Assembly: GCF_006345805.1 (NCBI RefSeq)
Contig: NC_043000.1
Location: 9,982,001-10,046,000, forward strand
DNA from: Octopus sinensis
Taxonomy: Eukaryota
Direction of reading: 5' to 3'
DNA: 64,000 nt
Part shown: positions 1-12,383 of the stretch, piece by piece
How the letters are laid out: every line of letters starts with the position of its first letter
Position numbering within the stretch: position 1 is the first letter of the stretch
Made by a program: the position numbers and the translations under genes
Notes under the pieces: generated by a model
Database searches by the model: none
Seen by the model: only the letters and a program-made list of their open reading frames with translations
Told to the model about the DNA's origin: nothing

Positions 1-56
1 GTCTGTCCTTGTTTGTCCCCTCTGTGTTTAGCCCCTTGTGGGTAGTAAAGAAATAT
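1..56 (+). mobile_element. SINE-A 3' end, cut by the window edge
   Basis: Matches the tail of the other SINE-A copies (GTCCTTGTTTGTCCCCTCTGTGTTTAGCCCCTTGTGGGTAGTAAAGAAATA). Confidence 0.85.
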
Positions 57-471
57 TTATAACATCTCTTTAAATTTGCGGTAGAAAACTGTCATCTTGC
101 CTACTTATTCTCGCCTACTTATTCTCAATCAGTACATTTCTGTCTCTCACTCTCCTTTCACAATCTCTTGAGCAATACCTGCGCACTCACCCTCTTCAAT
201 CCCTGGTTCAGATCTCTATATATATATCCCTGTAAATTAGGTATACGCCCCCTCACATATTCACGATCTCTTTGCTCTCTATCTTACCGCTCTCTCTCTC
301 TCTTCACTTTTACCCTTCTCTCTCATCTCTCCCCTCTCTCTCTTTCTCGCTCTCCCGCCACGCTCTCTCCACCTGAAGTGAATAAGAATATGCACTTGGC
401 TTACAAAATTATGTTCCCTTCAAGGTGGGGTCACAGCATGGCCGCAGTCCAGTGACTAAAACAAGTAAACG

Positions 472-696
472 CGCGGTCGCGGAATCGTTATCACGCCGGG
501 CGAAATGCTTAGCAGTATTTCGTCTGCCGCTACGTTCTGAGTTCAAATTCCGCCGAGGTCGACTTTGCCTTTCATCCTTTTCGGGGTCGATTAAATAAGT
601 ACCAGTTACGCACTGGGGTCGATGTAATCGACTTAATCTCTGTCTGTCCTTGTTTGTCCCTTCTATCTTTAGCCCCTTGTGGGCAATAAAGAAATA
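472..696 (+). mobile_element. SINE-A (tRNA-headed), inserted into the tail of an older SINE-B-like copy
   Basis: B-box-like GAGTTCAAATTCC and family body; 15-bp TSD TAAAACAAGTAAACG at 457-471 and 697-711. Confidence 0.9.
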
Positions 697-728
697 TAAA
701 ACAAGTAAACGATCAAACAAAATATATC

Positions 729-729
729 T

Positions 730-782
<53 letters not shown>

Positions 783-783
783 A
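729..783. repeat. (TATC)n microsatellite
   Basis: Direct reading. Confidence 0.95.
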
Positions 784-1310
784 ATCTCTTATATGTATGT
801 GTGTGCACAAGCGCTCCTGTATGTATGTGTGTACGCTCGCTTGTGTCTATATACACATGTACAACTGTTGAATAGATTTTTCAATCATGTAGAAAGCATG
901 ATTAAATCTAACCTTCAGATTTTCCTTTAAGCTTTTCACGTTCAAGAATCTTTTATTGTATTACGGAAATTATTCCTTTAAGAATTCTCGCAAACCTCTC
1001 TGCTTGCCTCGTTCAACACGCTTTATACTGCAGATTTATATTATATTCATGTCTTGGCTCTCCTAGTTTGAATGTATATCGGCTGTCGGCTGCTGACGTC
1101 AAAATTCTTCATAGTGAGTAAAAATATAAAACATTCTCCCTGGGGTTATTGTTGTGATACAGTATGAAACTGTTTGTATTCAGGATGTTATAAGGATATG
1201 AAATGTTTTCCCTTTGATTACTATAATATGTGGTTAGAATTTGGTGGATGATTTGGGTGGTAGTCCCAAGGTTTCTCTTGATAGAATTTTATAGATTCGT
1301 AAAATGTTCC

Positions 1311-1336
1311 GTTGTTGTTGTTGTTGTTGTTGTTGT

Positions 1337-1388
<52 letters not shown>
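1311..1388. repeat. (GTT)n(GAT)n compound microsatellite
   Basis: Direct reading. Confidence 0.95.
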
Positions 1389-1497
1389 CTTCGTTGCTAT
1401 TCATGTTGCTGTGGATTTTTCTAGTATATCATTTGGGAATATTTATGTGCAGAAAATTAAAGTTTTTTTCAAGCATCGTTGCGGAATAAAGAATTTT

Positions 1498-1498
1498 A

Positions 1499-1567
<69 letters not shown>

Positions 1568-1776
1568 GCCGTTCAAGGATTTGAACCTAGAGATCTTCAT
1601 TTCCAGCGACTTCGAGGGCCACCTCCAAGTGGTGTCGGGCGTCAACGAAGAGCACTCGACTACAAGACGACCAAAGTTTTTTTTTCCCCAATGTCTGGGG
1701 TCTCCCACCCCTAAGCCCTAGACCATCACCTAATCACACTTACTCGTCTTGTTACTTAACAACAACAACAACAACA

Positions 1777-1861
<85 letters not shown>

Positions 1862-1889
1862 GCTAGCTAGCTAGCTAGCTATCTATCTA

Positions 1890-1926
<37 letters not shown>

Positions 1927-1945
1927 ATGCATGTATGCATGTATA
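1498..1945. repeat. Two microsatellite blocks: (TATC)n at 1498-1566 and compound (CAA)/(TATC)/(TAGC)/(TCTG) at about 1757-1945
   Basis: Direct reading; unique sequence lies between the blocks. Confidence 0.9.
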
Positions 1946-2004
1946 AAGCGTTCTGTATATCCAATTTAATGCAGGTCCACTGATGTAAGTCTGGTAACTG
2001 CAGT

Positions 2005-2335
2005 GGATGGAAGCACTCCGTCGGTTACGACGACGAGGGTTCCGGTTGATCCGAATCAACGGAACAGCCTGCTCGTGAAATTAACGTGTAAGTGGCTGAG
2101 CACTCCACAGACACGTGTACCCTTAACGTAGTTCTCGGGGATATTCAGCGTGACACAGAGAGTGACAAGGCCGGCCCTTTGAAATACAGGTACAACAGAA
2201 ACAGGAAGTAAGAGTGAGAGAAAGTTGTGGTGAAAGAGTACAGCAGGTATCACCACCATCCCCTGCCGGAGCCTCGTGGAGCTTTAGGTGTTTTCGCTCA
2301 ATAAACACTCACAACGCCCAGTCTGGGAATCGAAA
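2005..2335 (-). mobile_element. SINE-C with tail X, 5'-truncated at the B box
   Basis: Reverse complement of the 19125-19509 copy; 12-bp TSD GGTAACTGCAGT at 1993-2004 and 2336-2347. Confidence 0.9.
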
Positions 2336-2376
2336 GGTAACTGCAGTACTCGTCCTGAGATAGCATTTCGTATGAA

Positions 2377-2574
2377 AATCGAACGATTCTGACGAATTTG
2401 CCACCTTTTGTACCAGAACCAATTTTTTAGCTAAATAATTCTGGCGCATTAAAAGAACGCCAGGAAGTGTTTCTCTGGTTTGGATTTGAAGAAACTAATT
2501 TTAAAATTACTTCTTCGTTTAGAACAGCGGTTAGAGAAATTGCAGTGCTGTCTGTCTAAATTCTTATCAACACA
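2377..2574 (+). repeat. Unclassified interspersed repeat, copy 1 (inverted relative to 5232-5433)
   Basis: Aligns over about 200 bp to the reverse complement of 5232-5433, with scattered mismatches. Confidence 0.75.
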
Positions 2575-2779
2575 TAGATACATGCATTATATATATATAT
2601 AATAGATGCATGTATGTATGTAAGGGTTACTGGAAAAACCACCGCCTGCGCTAGAAGTAGATGTAAATATAGAGAAGAAATTTTAGAATTGATTGTACGT
2701 ATTTGACATTTACTTCTAGCGCAGGCCCTGGTTTTTCCAGTAGTCCTGAATTATAATTATATTTTTATAATACATAATA

Positions 2780-2781
2780 TG

Positions 2782-2874
<93 letters not shown>

Positions 2875-2911
2875 ATATATGTGTGTGTGTGTAGTGCGTG
2901 TGTAAATAATA

Positions 2912-3000
<89 letters not shown>
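2780..3000. repeat. (TA)n-rich microsatellite
   Basis: Direct reading. Confidence 0.95.
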
Positions 3001-3003
<3 letters not shown>

Positions 3004-3084
3004 ATTAAGGCGGTACTCCAGCGTGGCCACATTCAAATTGACCGAAATAAGTAAAAGAGTATAAGATGAGTGATATCAATATTT

Positions 3085-3540
3085 CTGAAGCAACTTCTCT
3101 TTGGCCAATTCCAAACAGGAAGGTCAGTTGGAAGGTCACTAAAGCCCTTGAAAGACAAACTAAAAGACAACCTGAAGCGATGCAACATTTTCTTTTCTTC
3201 CTGGGAAAACAAAGCATCAGAACGCAGGACCTTGCGCCAGTCTGGCCTCTCCTCAGTTCAAAGATTTGAACAAAGTTGACTCGTACATCGGGACCAACTT
3301 CGTGCAAACATGAAGGCACGATGGCAAAATGCTGTTCCTCTAAATGAAAACCTTACCTGGCATTGTGGTTTTGTAGCACGAAGCAAAAGCAGGATTGCTG
3401 TCCACTCAAGAAAACACATAGCAAATGATCCACAAGCACTCGAGCAAACTGAGTTCACAACTTGTTTCCTTTGCCAAAAGGTAGGCAAGTTACCAGCAGG
3501 CCTCAAGAGACACATTCGTGTCCAGAGAACATGATTACCT
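3085..3540 (+). mobile_element. RTE-clade LINE ORF2 C-terminal fragment (decayed)
   Basis: Translates to QLLFGQFQTGRSVGR..LKDKLKDNLKRCNI..WENKASERR, typical of RTE C-termini, then two C2H2-like motifs (HCGFVARSKSRIAVHSRKH; CFLCQKVGKLPAGLKRHIRV). Confidence 0.75.
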
Positions 3541-3635
3541 CTTTATTTTACCGAACCCTCATTTGTCGTTCATGACGAGAGAATTCGTCACACAAACACA
3601 CAAATATACAAACGCAAACACATACACGCATACTC

Positions 3636-3687
<52 letters not shown>

Positions 3688-3696
3688 ATATATATA

Positions 3697-3933
3697 ATGG
3701 TTGTATACTGTCAATCTAACAAGAACGTGACAGTAGGGGGTACACCACCGTTATATAGCCCTAGGAGGCATCGAACGCCTCCTGACAGCTTCGACACATT
3801 TTATCCTGTGTCCTTATATACACATACGAAGGGGAGACCAACACCCCCAACCGCCGGAACTGCATCTAGGGCTATATAACGGTGGTGTACCCCCTACTGT
3901 CACGTTCTTGTTAGATTGACAGTATACAACCAT
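3697..3933. repeat. Foldback element in a (TA)n tract (about 67-bp inverted arms, about 100-bp spacer)
   Basis: ATGGTTGTATACTGTC...TATAGCCCTAG and its reverse complement at about 3866-3933. Confidence 0.85.
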
Positions 3934-3988
3934 TATATCGCTCCACCACCGTACACCTCTCTACGAGAGATTTAGAAACTCAATATTT

Positions 3989-4063
<75 letters not shown>

Positions 4064-4064
4064 C

Positions 4065-4225
4065 CGGAGTACTCAAATACCAGGGGTAGAGTAATATGCT
4101 TTATTTAAAAGCAGTAGAAATTCAACAAAACCTGTTACTCTGAGTTTCACGTTCCCGTTGTCCGACGAACGGAAACGTGAAACTCAGAGTAACAGGTTTT
4201 GTTGAATTTCTGCTGCTTTTAAATG
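4065..4225. mobile_element. PLE-like foldback fragment
   Basis: About 56-bp inverted arms (4104-4159, 4168-4223) around an 8-nt loop; (TA)n on both sides; contains an HHR motif. Confidence 0.65.
4159..4194 (+). ncRNA. Minimal type I hammerhead ribozyme motif, U4C core variant
   Basis: TGT-CCGACGA-ACG(GAAA)CGT-GAAA-CTC(A)GAG-TA-ACA. Confidence 0.6.
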
Positions 4226-4261
4226 AAGTATATATATATATATTATATATATATATATATA

Positions 4262-4510
4262 TATATCTGTAAATGTAATATGTGACAATTATTCGGTAGC
4301 CAGGATAAAACTCTGAGTTTCGGATGTCGAGGTGGAAATCCACACCACCATCTCTTCAGTTATCCGGCCATCGGAAAAACGCAATGTGGATTTCCACCTC
4401 GGCATCCGAATCTCAGAATTTTATCTTGGCTACCGAATCATTGTCACATATTACATTTACAGATATATTCCTCTATTTACATAATATCGAGGTCTCTTTC
4501 TTTCTTTTGT
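4262..4510. mobile_element. PLE-like foldback fragment
   Basis: About 80-bp inverted arms (4262-4343, 4384-4467), 40-nt spacer, (TA)n flanks, HHR motif. Confidence 0.65.
4303..4365 (-). ncRNA. Type I hammerhead ribozyme motif, canonical core
   Basis: Minus strand: GGATAA-CTGAAGA-GATG[...]CATCC-GAAA-CTC(A)GAG-TT-TTATCC; perfect 6-bp helix I. Confidence 0.75.
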
Positions 4511-5231
4511 TATCTTACCGTTTTTACCAATATATATATATATATACATATCTATATATATATATGATGAAACAATAATAACCAACGCTAAAGCTGTTAG
4601 AACCAATAATATCAGTAACTACTACCACGTAGATTTTGTAACAAAAAACATCTGAAACATCAGGAGACATTAATTTAATTTAATTCAGTTTAATTGTTTA
4701 AGTTCCTTTGTATTATCTTAAATAATTGAAACCGGTATCGTATGGAGATAATTTGTAAGTAATTTCTTCCTTGTATTCATGAGAGAGTTCTCAAAGTATT
4801 TTATCCAGTTGTCGTTAATATAAATTTACACATGCGAAACCTCTTAATCTTTTCAATACACACATACACACACACACACACAGATATACACACATACCCG
4901 CTCATAAAAATATACACATACATAATCATTTATACAAACACACGCACGTTTACACACACTTAGACAAACACACGCACATAAACACACTCACACACGCACA
5001 TATACACACACTCAAACAAACACATACACATGCACACACGAATACTCACACATACACAGATAAAAACACACATATTCACACAGTCGTATAAATACACACA
5101 CATACGCACATACAAATACACACACACACATATTTGGCTGTAATTCTAAAATATTTTCATTCACTGATTGAATCTACTTTTTTAACCAACATTTCTTTAG
5201 CTGTTCACTAGTTAATGCAGTCATGAAATTT

Positions 5232-5433
5232 TGTGTTGATAAGAATTTAGACAGACAGGACCGCAATTTCTATAACCGCTGTTCTCTATACAAAGAAGTA
5301 ATTTTAAAATTAATTTCTTCAAATCCAAACAAGAGAAACACTTCCTGGCGTTCTTTTAATACGCCAGAATTATTTAGCTAAAAACTTGATTCTGGTACAA
5401 AAGGTGGCAAATTTGTCAGAATCGTTCGGATTT
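5232..5433 (-). repeat. Unclassified interspersed repeat, copy 2
   Basis: Inverted homolog of 2377-2574. Confidence 0.75.
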
Positions 5434-5865
5434 CTGGATTGTATGCTGAGAGGTGTCTCTACCGACACCCTGCCATCTAACCATCAAGAAGATTGGGCAG
5501 AGTCATTAGATTAATGGATAGAATGTTTAGCAGTATTTGATCTGATGGTCTATGCATTGTGTTCAAATCCCATTGAGGCAGACCTTGGCTTTCACTGTTT
5601 CGGGTGTTAATAATAAAATAGAAAAAAAAAAAACCCCGAAAAAAGCAAAGGCCCTATTCCCGGACGATGGTTTGACGGTATTGATAGAATAGCAGACACA
5701 ATGTTTTTCGGCGTCTTTTCCGCATGAGTGCTTTCCGAATTCAAATCCTACCTCGTCACCGAATGACGGTCACAGAACAGTCAAAAGTTGCGACCGACAG
5801 ATATCTTCAGCAGCTTGAAAAGTTAATGGAAACACACTCTCGTTGTTTCAGTGGCATCCCCGCCC

Positions 5866-5908
5866 ATCATCGTCATCATTGTCATCATCGTCATCATCGT
5901 CATCATCG

Positions 5909-5941
<33 letters not shown>

Positions 5942-5960
5942 CCACAACCAACACCACCAC
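5866..5960. repeat. (CAT/CGT)n-(CAC)n microsatellite
   Basis: Direct reading. Confidence 0.9.
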
Positions 5961-6061
5961 CGCCGCCCCCTTTAAACATATGCAAGAAAATTTTTGTTTT
6001 ACAGTCGTTTCTATTTGTAGTTCAAATATCCATTTCAAGAAGCATTGCACATCCTAAGAGT

Positions 6062-6260
6062 AAAGCGACGAGTTGGCAGAATCGTTAGCGCATCGGACAA
6101 AATGCTCAGTGGTATTTCTTTGGGCTCTTTATTTTCTGAGTTCAAATTCCGCCGAGGTCGACTTTTGCCTTTCATCTTTTCGGGGTCAATAAAATGAAGT
6201 ATCAGTCAAGTACTGGTGTCGATGTGATCGATTTTCCTCATCCCCACAAAATTTCTGGGG
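6062..6260 (+). mobile_element. Older, diverged SINE-A-related copy
   Basis: TGGCAGAATCGTTAGC, GAGTTCAAATTCCGCCGAGGTCGAC and GCCTTTCATC motifs; different 3' part. Confidence 0.75.
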
Positions 6261-6639
6261 TTGTGCCTAAGTTGTAAAGAATTGTATAAATCGCAGTGAT
6301 GCTGCAGAATTTAAATAGTAAGATATAAACACAACCTCATTGAATCAATGTCAACTTTTAATTTGAATGGCAGTAATGATATTGAAACTGTCAGTTGAGT
6401 AGATTAAGGTATATCAACTGAGTAATTAAACACCTTCTCAACAATTGAGTATGTGAGATATTTCGTCTAATGTGGCAAGGACATTGCTGAGAAACGTGAC
6501 GTGTTTGTAGTTCTAAGGAAGTATAATTATACAGTTCAGAGTCGAATACAGCTAATGAAGAACAAAAACAAGAACCATTGAAATAGTTTTGACAGTTTCA
6601 AATAATTTAAACCTCCAAGAATTAATGATGTCATTTTAG

Positions 6640-6990
6640 GTGGTATCCTGTCAAGATAACGAGAGAGGAAATAATTATATATTACCGTTGAAAATTGGTG
6701 TTGATTCCCAACTTAGTTTCAACCAAGTTTCATCGAAAAAAAATTTTGGAAAAAGTTTAAGAAGGTGTCTTCAAACTGGGCTATGCATGCGCGTAGGAGT
6801 GCGCAAGAGAATTTGTATAGCTAGGTGTCGTTTGCAAAAACAATGGAACTTTAAGGAGGGCAAGCAGCTAAACACAGATCTTATGTTGAGAAAATGTGTG
6901 GAGAACCTGTTATTGTTCTCATCCACTTATTGTGAACAAATGTTTTGGAGTTTATAAACAAATGCAAATGTCTCAATCGAGAATGATATG
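6640..6990 (+). pseudogene. Probable hAT transposase C-terminal remnant
   Basis: LLLFSSTYCEQMFWSL resembles the hAT dimerization-domain motif F.STYLCE..FS; otherwise decayed. Confidence 0.45.
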
Positions 6991-7188
6991 CAAGTGTGCT
7001 TCACTGAAATTGTAAAATTAAATAGAATGAAATTTCCTACATAGGTGTGAGACCAGATACTTTGGCAGTCAATTATATCGACACCAGTATTTGACTGGTA
7101 CTTTATTTTACTAACTTTGGTTGACCACGGTGGAATTTGAAAACTTTAAATTAAATTCAATTAAATTATTAACAAACAGTACATTTCT

Positions 7189-7407
7189 TATTTCTTTACT
7201 GCCCACAGAGGGGACAAACAAGGACACACAAACGGATTAAGTCGATTACATCGACACCAGTGCGTAACTGGTACTTAATTTATCGATCCCGAAAGGATGA
7301 AAGGCAAAGTCGACCTCGGCGGAATTTGAACTCAGAACGTAACGACAGACGAAATACTGCTGAGTATTTCGCCCGGTGTGCTAACGTTTCTGCTAGCTCG
7401 CCGCCTT
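7189..7407 (-). mobile_element. SINE-A, full length
   Basis: 14-bp TSD AACAGTACATTTCT at 7175-7188 and 7408-7421. Confidence 0.92.
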
Positions 7408-8443
7408 AACAGTACATTTCTGTTGAGTGGCTCATGGTATACAACGATCTTTAACTATATTCTTTATACGTAGAGTAAACCTACATTGCTGGACACGAAG
7501 AAAGTTTACGAATCTCTGGGTTAAAAGAAAAGAATAGATTGTATAGACTTACAAAAAAGGCTCTATATTTAAGACATGAATTATGCTTCATACACTCCAT
7601 ATTTGGGATATTTGGCACAATTTATTGACAAATTTCAAACGTGATAATATATTATACTTTTCTAAATCCCAAAATATGTTATAGTGTATAAGCTGTGATG
7701 GAACCTGATGCGCTTGGATAACATGTAAAAAAAAAAAACGATGTTTCTTTCGCTTCAAATATAATATATTTATATGTATATATATAAATATCTAATATAG
7801 GATAAAATTTTTTCGAAAAAAAATTTTATCAATGACCAGCATATTAAAAAATTCCTTTAAAGGTTAAAATTCTAAATTTTTGCCCTTATTTATAGATATA
7901 TATATTAGATTTATTATTATTATTACTAATATTGTTGTTATACATACATACATACAAGCATATGTAATGATAATAATGGGTGGATGTAAACACATGAACA
8001 AAATTAAAACAAAAGCAACAACAACAAAAACAAAATACAAATTACATGAATGTATATAAACAGAAGATACAAATATTACAGGCATCCCCCCCCCGCACAC
8101 ACTAAATAAACATAGACGCACATAGAGATATAAGCATGCGCAAATGAAGACATACAGTAGAAATACAAAATGGCTGACGGTTAGTAAGGAGAGACACAAA
8201 CAAATAAGAAAGAAGAAAACAAAGGACCACTGATGCGGTCACAGGAGTGTGACGAAAGAACTCTGGCCGAAATAAGATTAAGATTAATGTAAAAAATAAA
8301 TATCACTGAAGCAAAATAACACCAAATATATAGTGCGTGTGTTTTTATTGGCTAAACTGGCAATATGACCATTCCGAAATATAACAATATCTGTTTCAAC
8401 ACACGACTTCACATAAAAAATCTTGCACAACAAATATTTAAAC

Positions 8444-8494
<51 letters not shown>

Positions 8495-8539
8495 CCAATA
8501 GGAGGTACGAATATTAATACTGGTAGAAAGCCAGTATTT

Positions 8540-9075
8540 TCGGAGAGCGGAAAGGGAATGGTATAAGGATTACATTGACCCAAGTACCCAACTAGTACCT
8601 ATTCTTATCGACTCCCGAATGCTTGAAGGGCAAAGTCGACCTCGGCGAAACTCGAATTCGCCACGCAAAGACGGACGAAGCTCCGCGAAGCAACTTAACC
8701 TTGTCCGGCGCGCTAATAATTCTGCCGGTTCACAGCCTTACACATATTAAAATTGAACACACACATACACACAAACTCACACATACACACACACACAAAC
8801 TCACACACACACGCACACATACACATACACACATTTCTACTGAAAGGGAATCATTATTTACTTGTGTGTTAATGGCGGCAGGCTGGCATAACCGTTAGCA
8901 TCCCGTGCCTAATATTTAGTAGCCTTTCTCCTGTCTTTCCGTTCTGAGTGCAAATTCCGCCAAGGCCGACTTTGTCTTTCATCCTTTCGCATCGATAAAA
9001 TAAATATCAGTCAAATACTGAGGTGAATGCAATCGATTTTTCTTGCCCTCAAAAACCGCTGGCCCTGTGCCAAAA
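8540..9075. mobile_element. Two old SINE-A-related copies (about 8540-8725 minus, about 8870-9075 plus)
   Basis: Degenerate GTCGACCTCGGCG and CTTTCATCCTTTCG motifs. Confidence 0.65.
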
Positions 9076-10650
9076 TTTCAAACCATTATTTACTAGCGTG
9101 TTTACAATAAATTTTTAGCGGACAAAGAATCAAAAATAAACCATCGGTTTATTCTAGACTCTAGAATATTATCCAGCCAATAAAGTGATGCATAATAAAA
9201 CTATTTACAACAAAAATGATATCACATCAGTAGAAGACGTATTTCTCTTTATTAGCTCTGTGTAGAAAAGATTATTGAGAAATAGCCATAACGGTTTGTT
9301 TTTATCCAAAGAAAAGTAATGTGTTCATGTATCGATGGTCATTGGCGATATTATTGATTAAATACTGCACAATTATCCGTCTTAGGTATTTTCAGGAAAC
9401 AATTTCTGTCATGCTGCATAGTTTTCAAATTTAACACAGAATATATTAGAAATACATTACTTTAAGCTAATTTAAATATTAATGAGCCTAAGCAGAAAAT
9501 GCTGAAGCTAAATGCAACGACCCACTTAACGGATTTAAATACGATTTAAAATTGTCATAAACGCTTTGATTAAATTGACTTTGGATTTGATTAAATTTTC
9601 AAAATTCTAGTTATTTCTCTCTGTCAATGAAATATAACCCTCATTACTGTCGTACACACACACATACACACACAAAAGCAAATTCAATGAAAGTGTGGTA
9701 AACAATTCCAAAATATTTGCCTATCGTCTGTTGGAAAGATACTCTTGAATCACAGATAATAATCAATGAAAATTTACAGTGGTGAAGAAAGCTGTACTAA
9801 AACAAACCAGTGGTAAGAAAGAAAAAATATATTGTTATAAAATCTGTAATGAATATGTTAAGAGGCTATAATGAATAAAGAAGAAGAGAGAAAACTATAA
9901 TGTTTGAGATCCAATCTGAGAACAGAGAAACAATGGCGAAGGTCTTAGTATCCTACCTATTTTCAATTGAATTTCTAATCGAACATAATAAGATTAAAAA
10001 CCGAAGACCGAAGGAAATAAGATTAATATAGTATTGCATAATGAAATTAAATGCAGAAATAAACTTAATAAAAAAAGTAAATTAGATGGGATGATAAAAG
10101 AAATTAGTCACATAAGAGAAATAAATGACGGTGAGGCATAACTAGAGAGGGAAAGGGAGAGGAAGAGAGAGAGAGAGAGGAAAAGGAAGAGAGGATGTAA
10201 AAGAGAACTGAGACAAAGAACGTTTTATAAAATCTAATAAACGAAATATCTAATAAATCTAATGAACAAGATAACCAAGAATGTATAATTAGAGAGATAA
10301 AGAGCGAGAGGATAAGATACGATTACCGAAAGATAGTGAGAAAGAAAAGAGAAACACAGAAACAGCAAATGAATTAGAAAATGATTTGACTGGTTGAAAT
10401 ATATTAGGGTGAAGAAAGCACACACGCATGTACGTCTTTATGAACACACACATATATATGCAGTTACACGTACATATACTCGAGTTAATGAATGAGCCTC
10501 TAAGTTGTTATTCAGCATGCTAGAAATAGGTACGAAATTTCCTTCAAATTTTATCCGAGATGTGTACACACATTCGTGTATATATAGAAATGTGAGGACA
10601 AAGGAATAGAAAGAAAAAGGAGAAGAAACCGAGAAGAAAAGGAGAGCGTG

Positions 10651-10705
<55 letters not shown>

Positions 10706-11709
10706 CAGAGAGACAGGGAGAAAGAGAGTCAGATAGACAGAAAGTGGAAGTTAAAAGTCAAGTGATTAAATAAATAGAAACGTATACCCACCCACGGAGA
10801 AATATACATGCATATATGTATGTATGTAATGTGTGCGTATGTGTGTGTGCGTGTAAATATATATATGTGTGTGTACATAAGCGTCTGTGTGTATATGTAT
10901 ATGTCTGCATGTATGTGTATATGTGTATATATATGTGTATGTGTATATATATGTGTATGTGTATATGTGTATATATATAAATTCCTACACGCTAGGCCAC
11001 AGGTAGTAAAAGTTTCTAAATTCTTATTACCCTGATATTATATGTATATATATATAATATATATATATATAATATATATATATATATGCTTTTTGTGTGT
11101 ATATGTATATATATGTATATCTATATATATATATACATATATATAGATATATATATGTATATACATATATATATATAAATGTATATATATATATGTACAT
11201 ATATATACGTGTATATATATATGTGTGCGTGTAGAGAGAGAGAGAGAGAAGAGAGAGAAGGAGGTGAGAGAGAAAGAGAGAGAGTGAAAATAAAAGAGAA
11301 AAAGGAAGAAAAAATATGATTCAGACAAAGCAAAACAACACTAAAAATGGCAAGTTAAACAATAAGAAACATTGCCATTGGATTGTGTCATTGAGTTCAC
11401 ATAATATTTTGTTTACATTTATTTTTATTTCCATCACCTGATTCCTATTTAAATTAGAACATTTTTGTATAACAATGACGTGTCTGTATATGTCTATAAC
11501 AGTGACTTGGTTAGTAAGACTATATCTATTACTGTATGTCATTAATAGTTAATTTTCTGTTTCTGTTTATGCTACTGATTGCGACAATATGTGTCTGTAT
11601 GTGCCTACACTAGAGATTTGTCAACTATTTAGCAATGATTTGATGGTATACGTCTATAATAGCGGTGTTTCAGCATGGCCACAATCAAACGAATGAAACA
11701 AATAAAAGA

Positions 11710-11739
<30 letters not shown>

Positions 11740-11741
<2 letters not shown>

Positions 11742-11930
11742 GGGGAGAGTTTACGAAAAAAACAAAAGACGAAGACAGGTGGTGTACAAAACAAACAGAT
11801 ATATTAGTATAACTATCAGGAATAGAAAAAGTCTTTTGCGTTTCGAGCCTACGCTCTTCTACAGCAAGGGACACAGAAAAAACAAGGCGAGATACAAGAA
11901 GAGAGAAAAAGGAGAGGAGAGAATATATAT
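11740..11930 (-). mobile_element. PLE-like fragment in (TA)n with a decayed HHR-like motif (11831-11870)
   Basis: Minus strand CTGTAGA-A-GAGC(GTAG)GCTC-GAAA-CG-CA-AAAG; two core positions deviate. Confidence 0.45.
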
Positions 11931-12013
11931 ATATGTTCTATAATCATAACCATAATTATAATTAGGGGTCAGCTAATTGCCTCACCACATACCGAATTTA
12001 GAAATTGTTGTTT

Positions 12014-12383
12014 GGAGAAGAGAAGTTGTTAAAATATATAAGAGAATTTTAATTCATGCATACGATCGTTTCGTACAGATATGTAAAAATAATGCAAATT
12101 TATTACTGAATTGAATTAAGTTAATAGTTAATACCTAACTGGACTCACATCTCATTTTCTTATAAGGATAAATATGAATCTGCTAGATTCTATTCTGCTG
12201 TTTCCCTTCTCAAGTTCTTTGTAAAAAGTTCGTTTATACTTCTTACACTGAAGAGTACATTGATACATAATTAATTAATTTAATTTAATTCTGTAACGAA
12301 TTTGCATTATTTCTATACCTCTGTACGAAACGATCGTCTGCAAGAATTAAAATTCTCATATATTTTAGCAACTTCTCTTCTCC
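12014..12383. mobile_element. Older PLE-like foldback element
   Basis: About 110-bp imperfect inverted arms (12014-12124, 12271-12383); contains an HHR motif. Confidence 0.65.
12242..12344 (+). ncRNA. Type I hammerhead ribozyme motif with a long loop 2
   Basis: CTTACA-CTGAAGA-GTACA[about 63 nt]TGTAC-GAAA-CGATCG-TC-TGCAAG; GUC cleavage triplet; palindromic helix III ACGATCGT. Confidence 0.65.

Noticed and set aside
1590-1690. Frame reading GVGRQRRALDYK, resembling a furin site
   Set aside because: Short, no cysteine-knot domain follows, no convincing splice sites; probably chance.
3764-3865. Twister-like GGATAAAA-TGTG on the minus strand
   Set aside because: The other conserved twister elements and pseudoknot pairings are absent.
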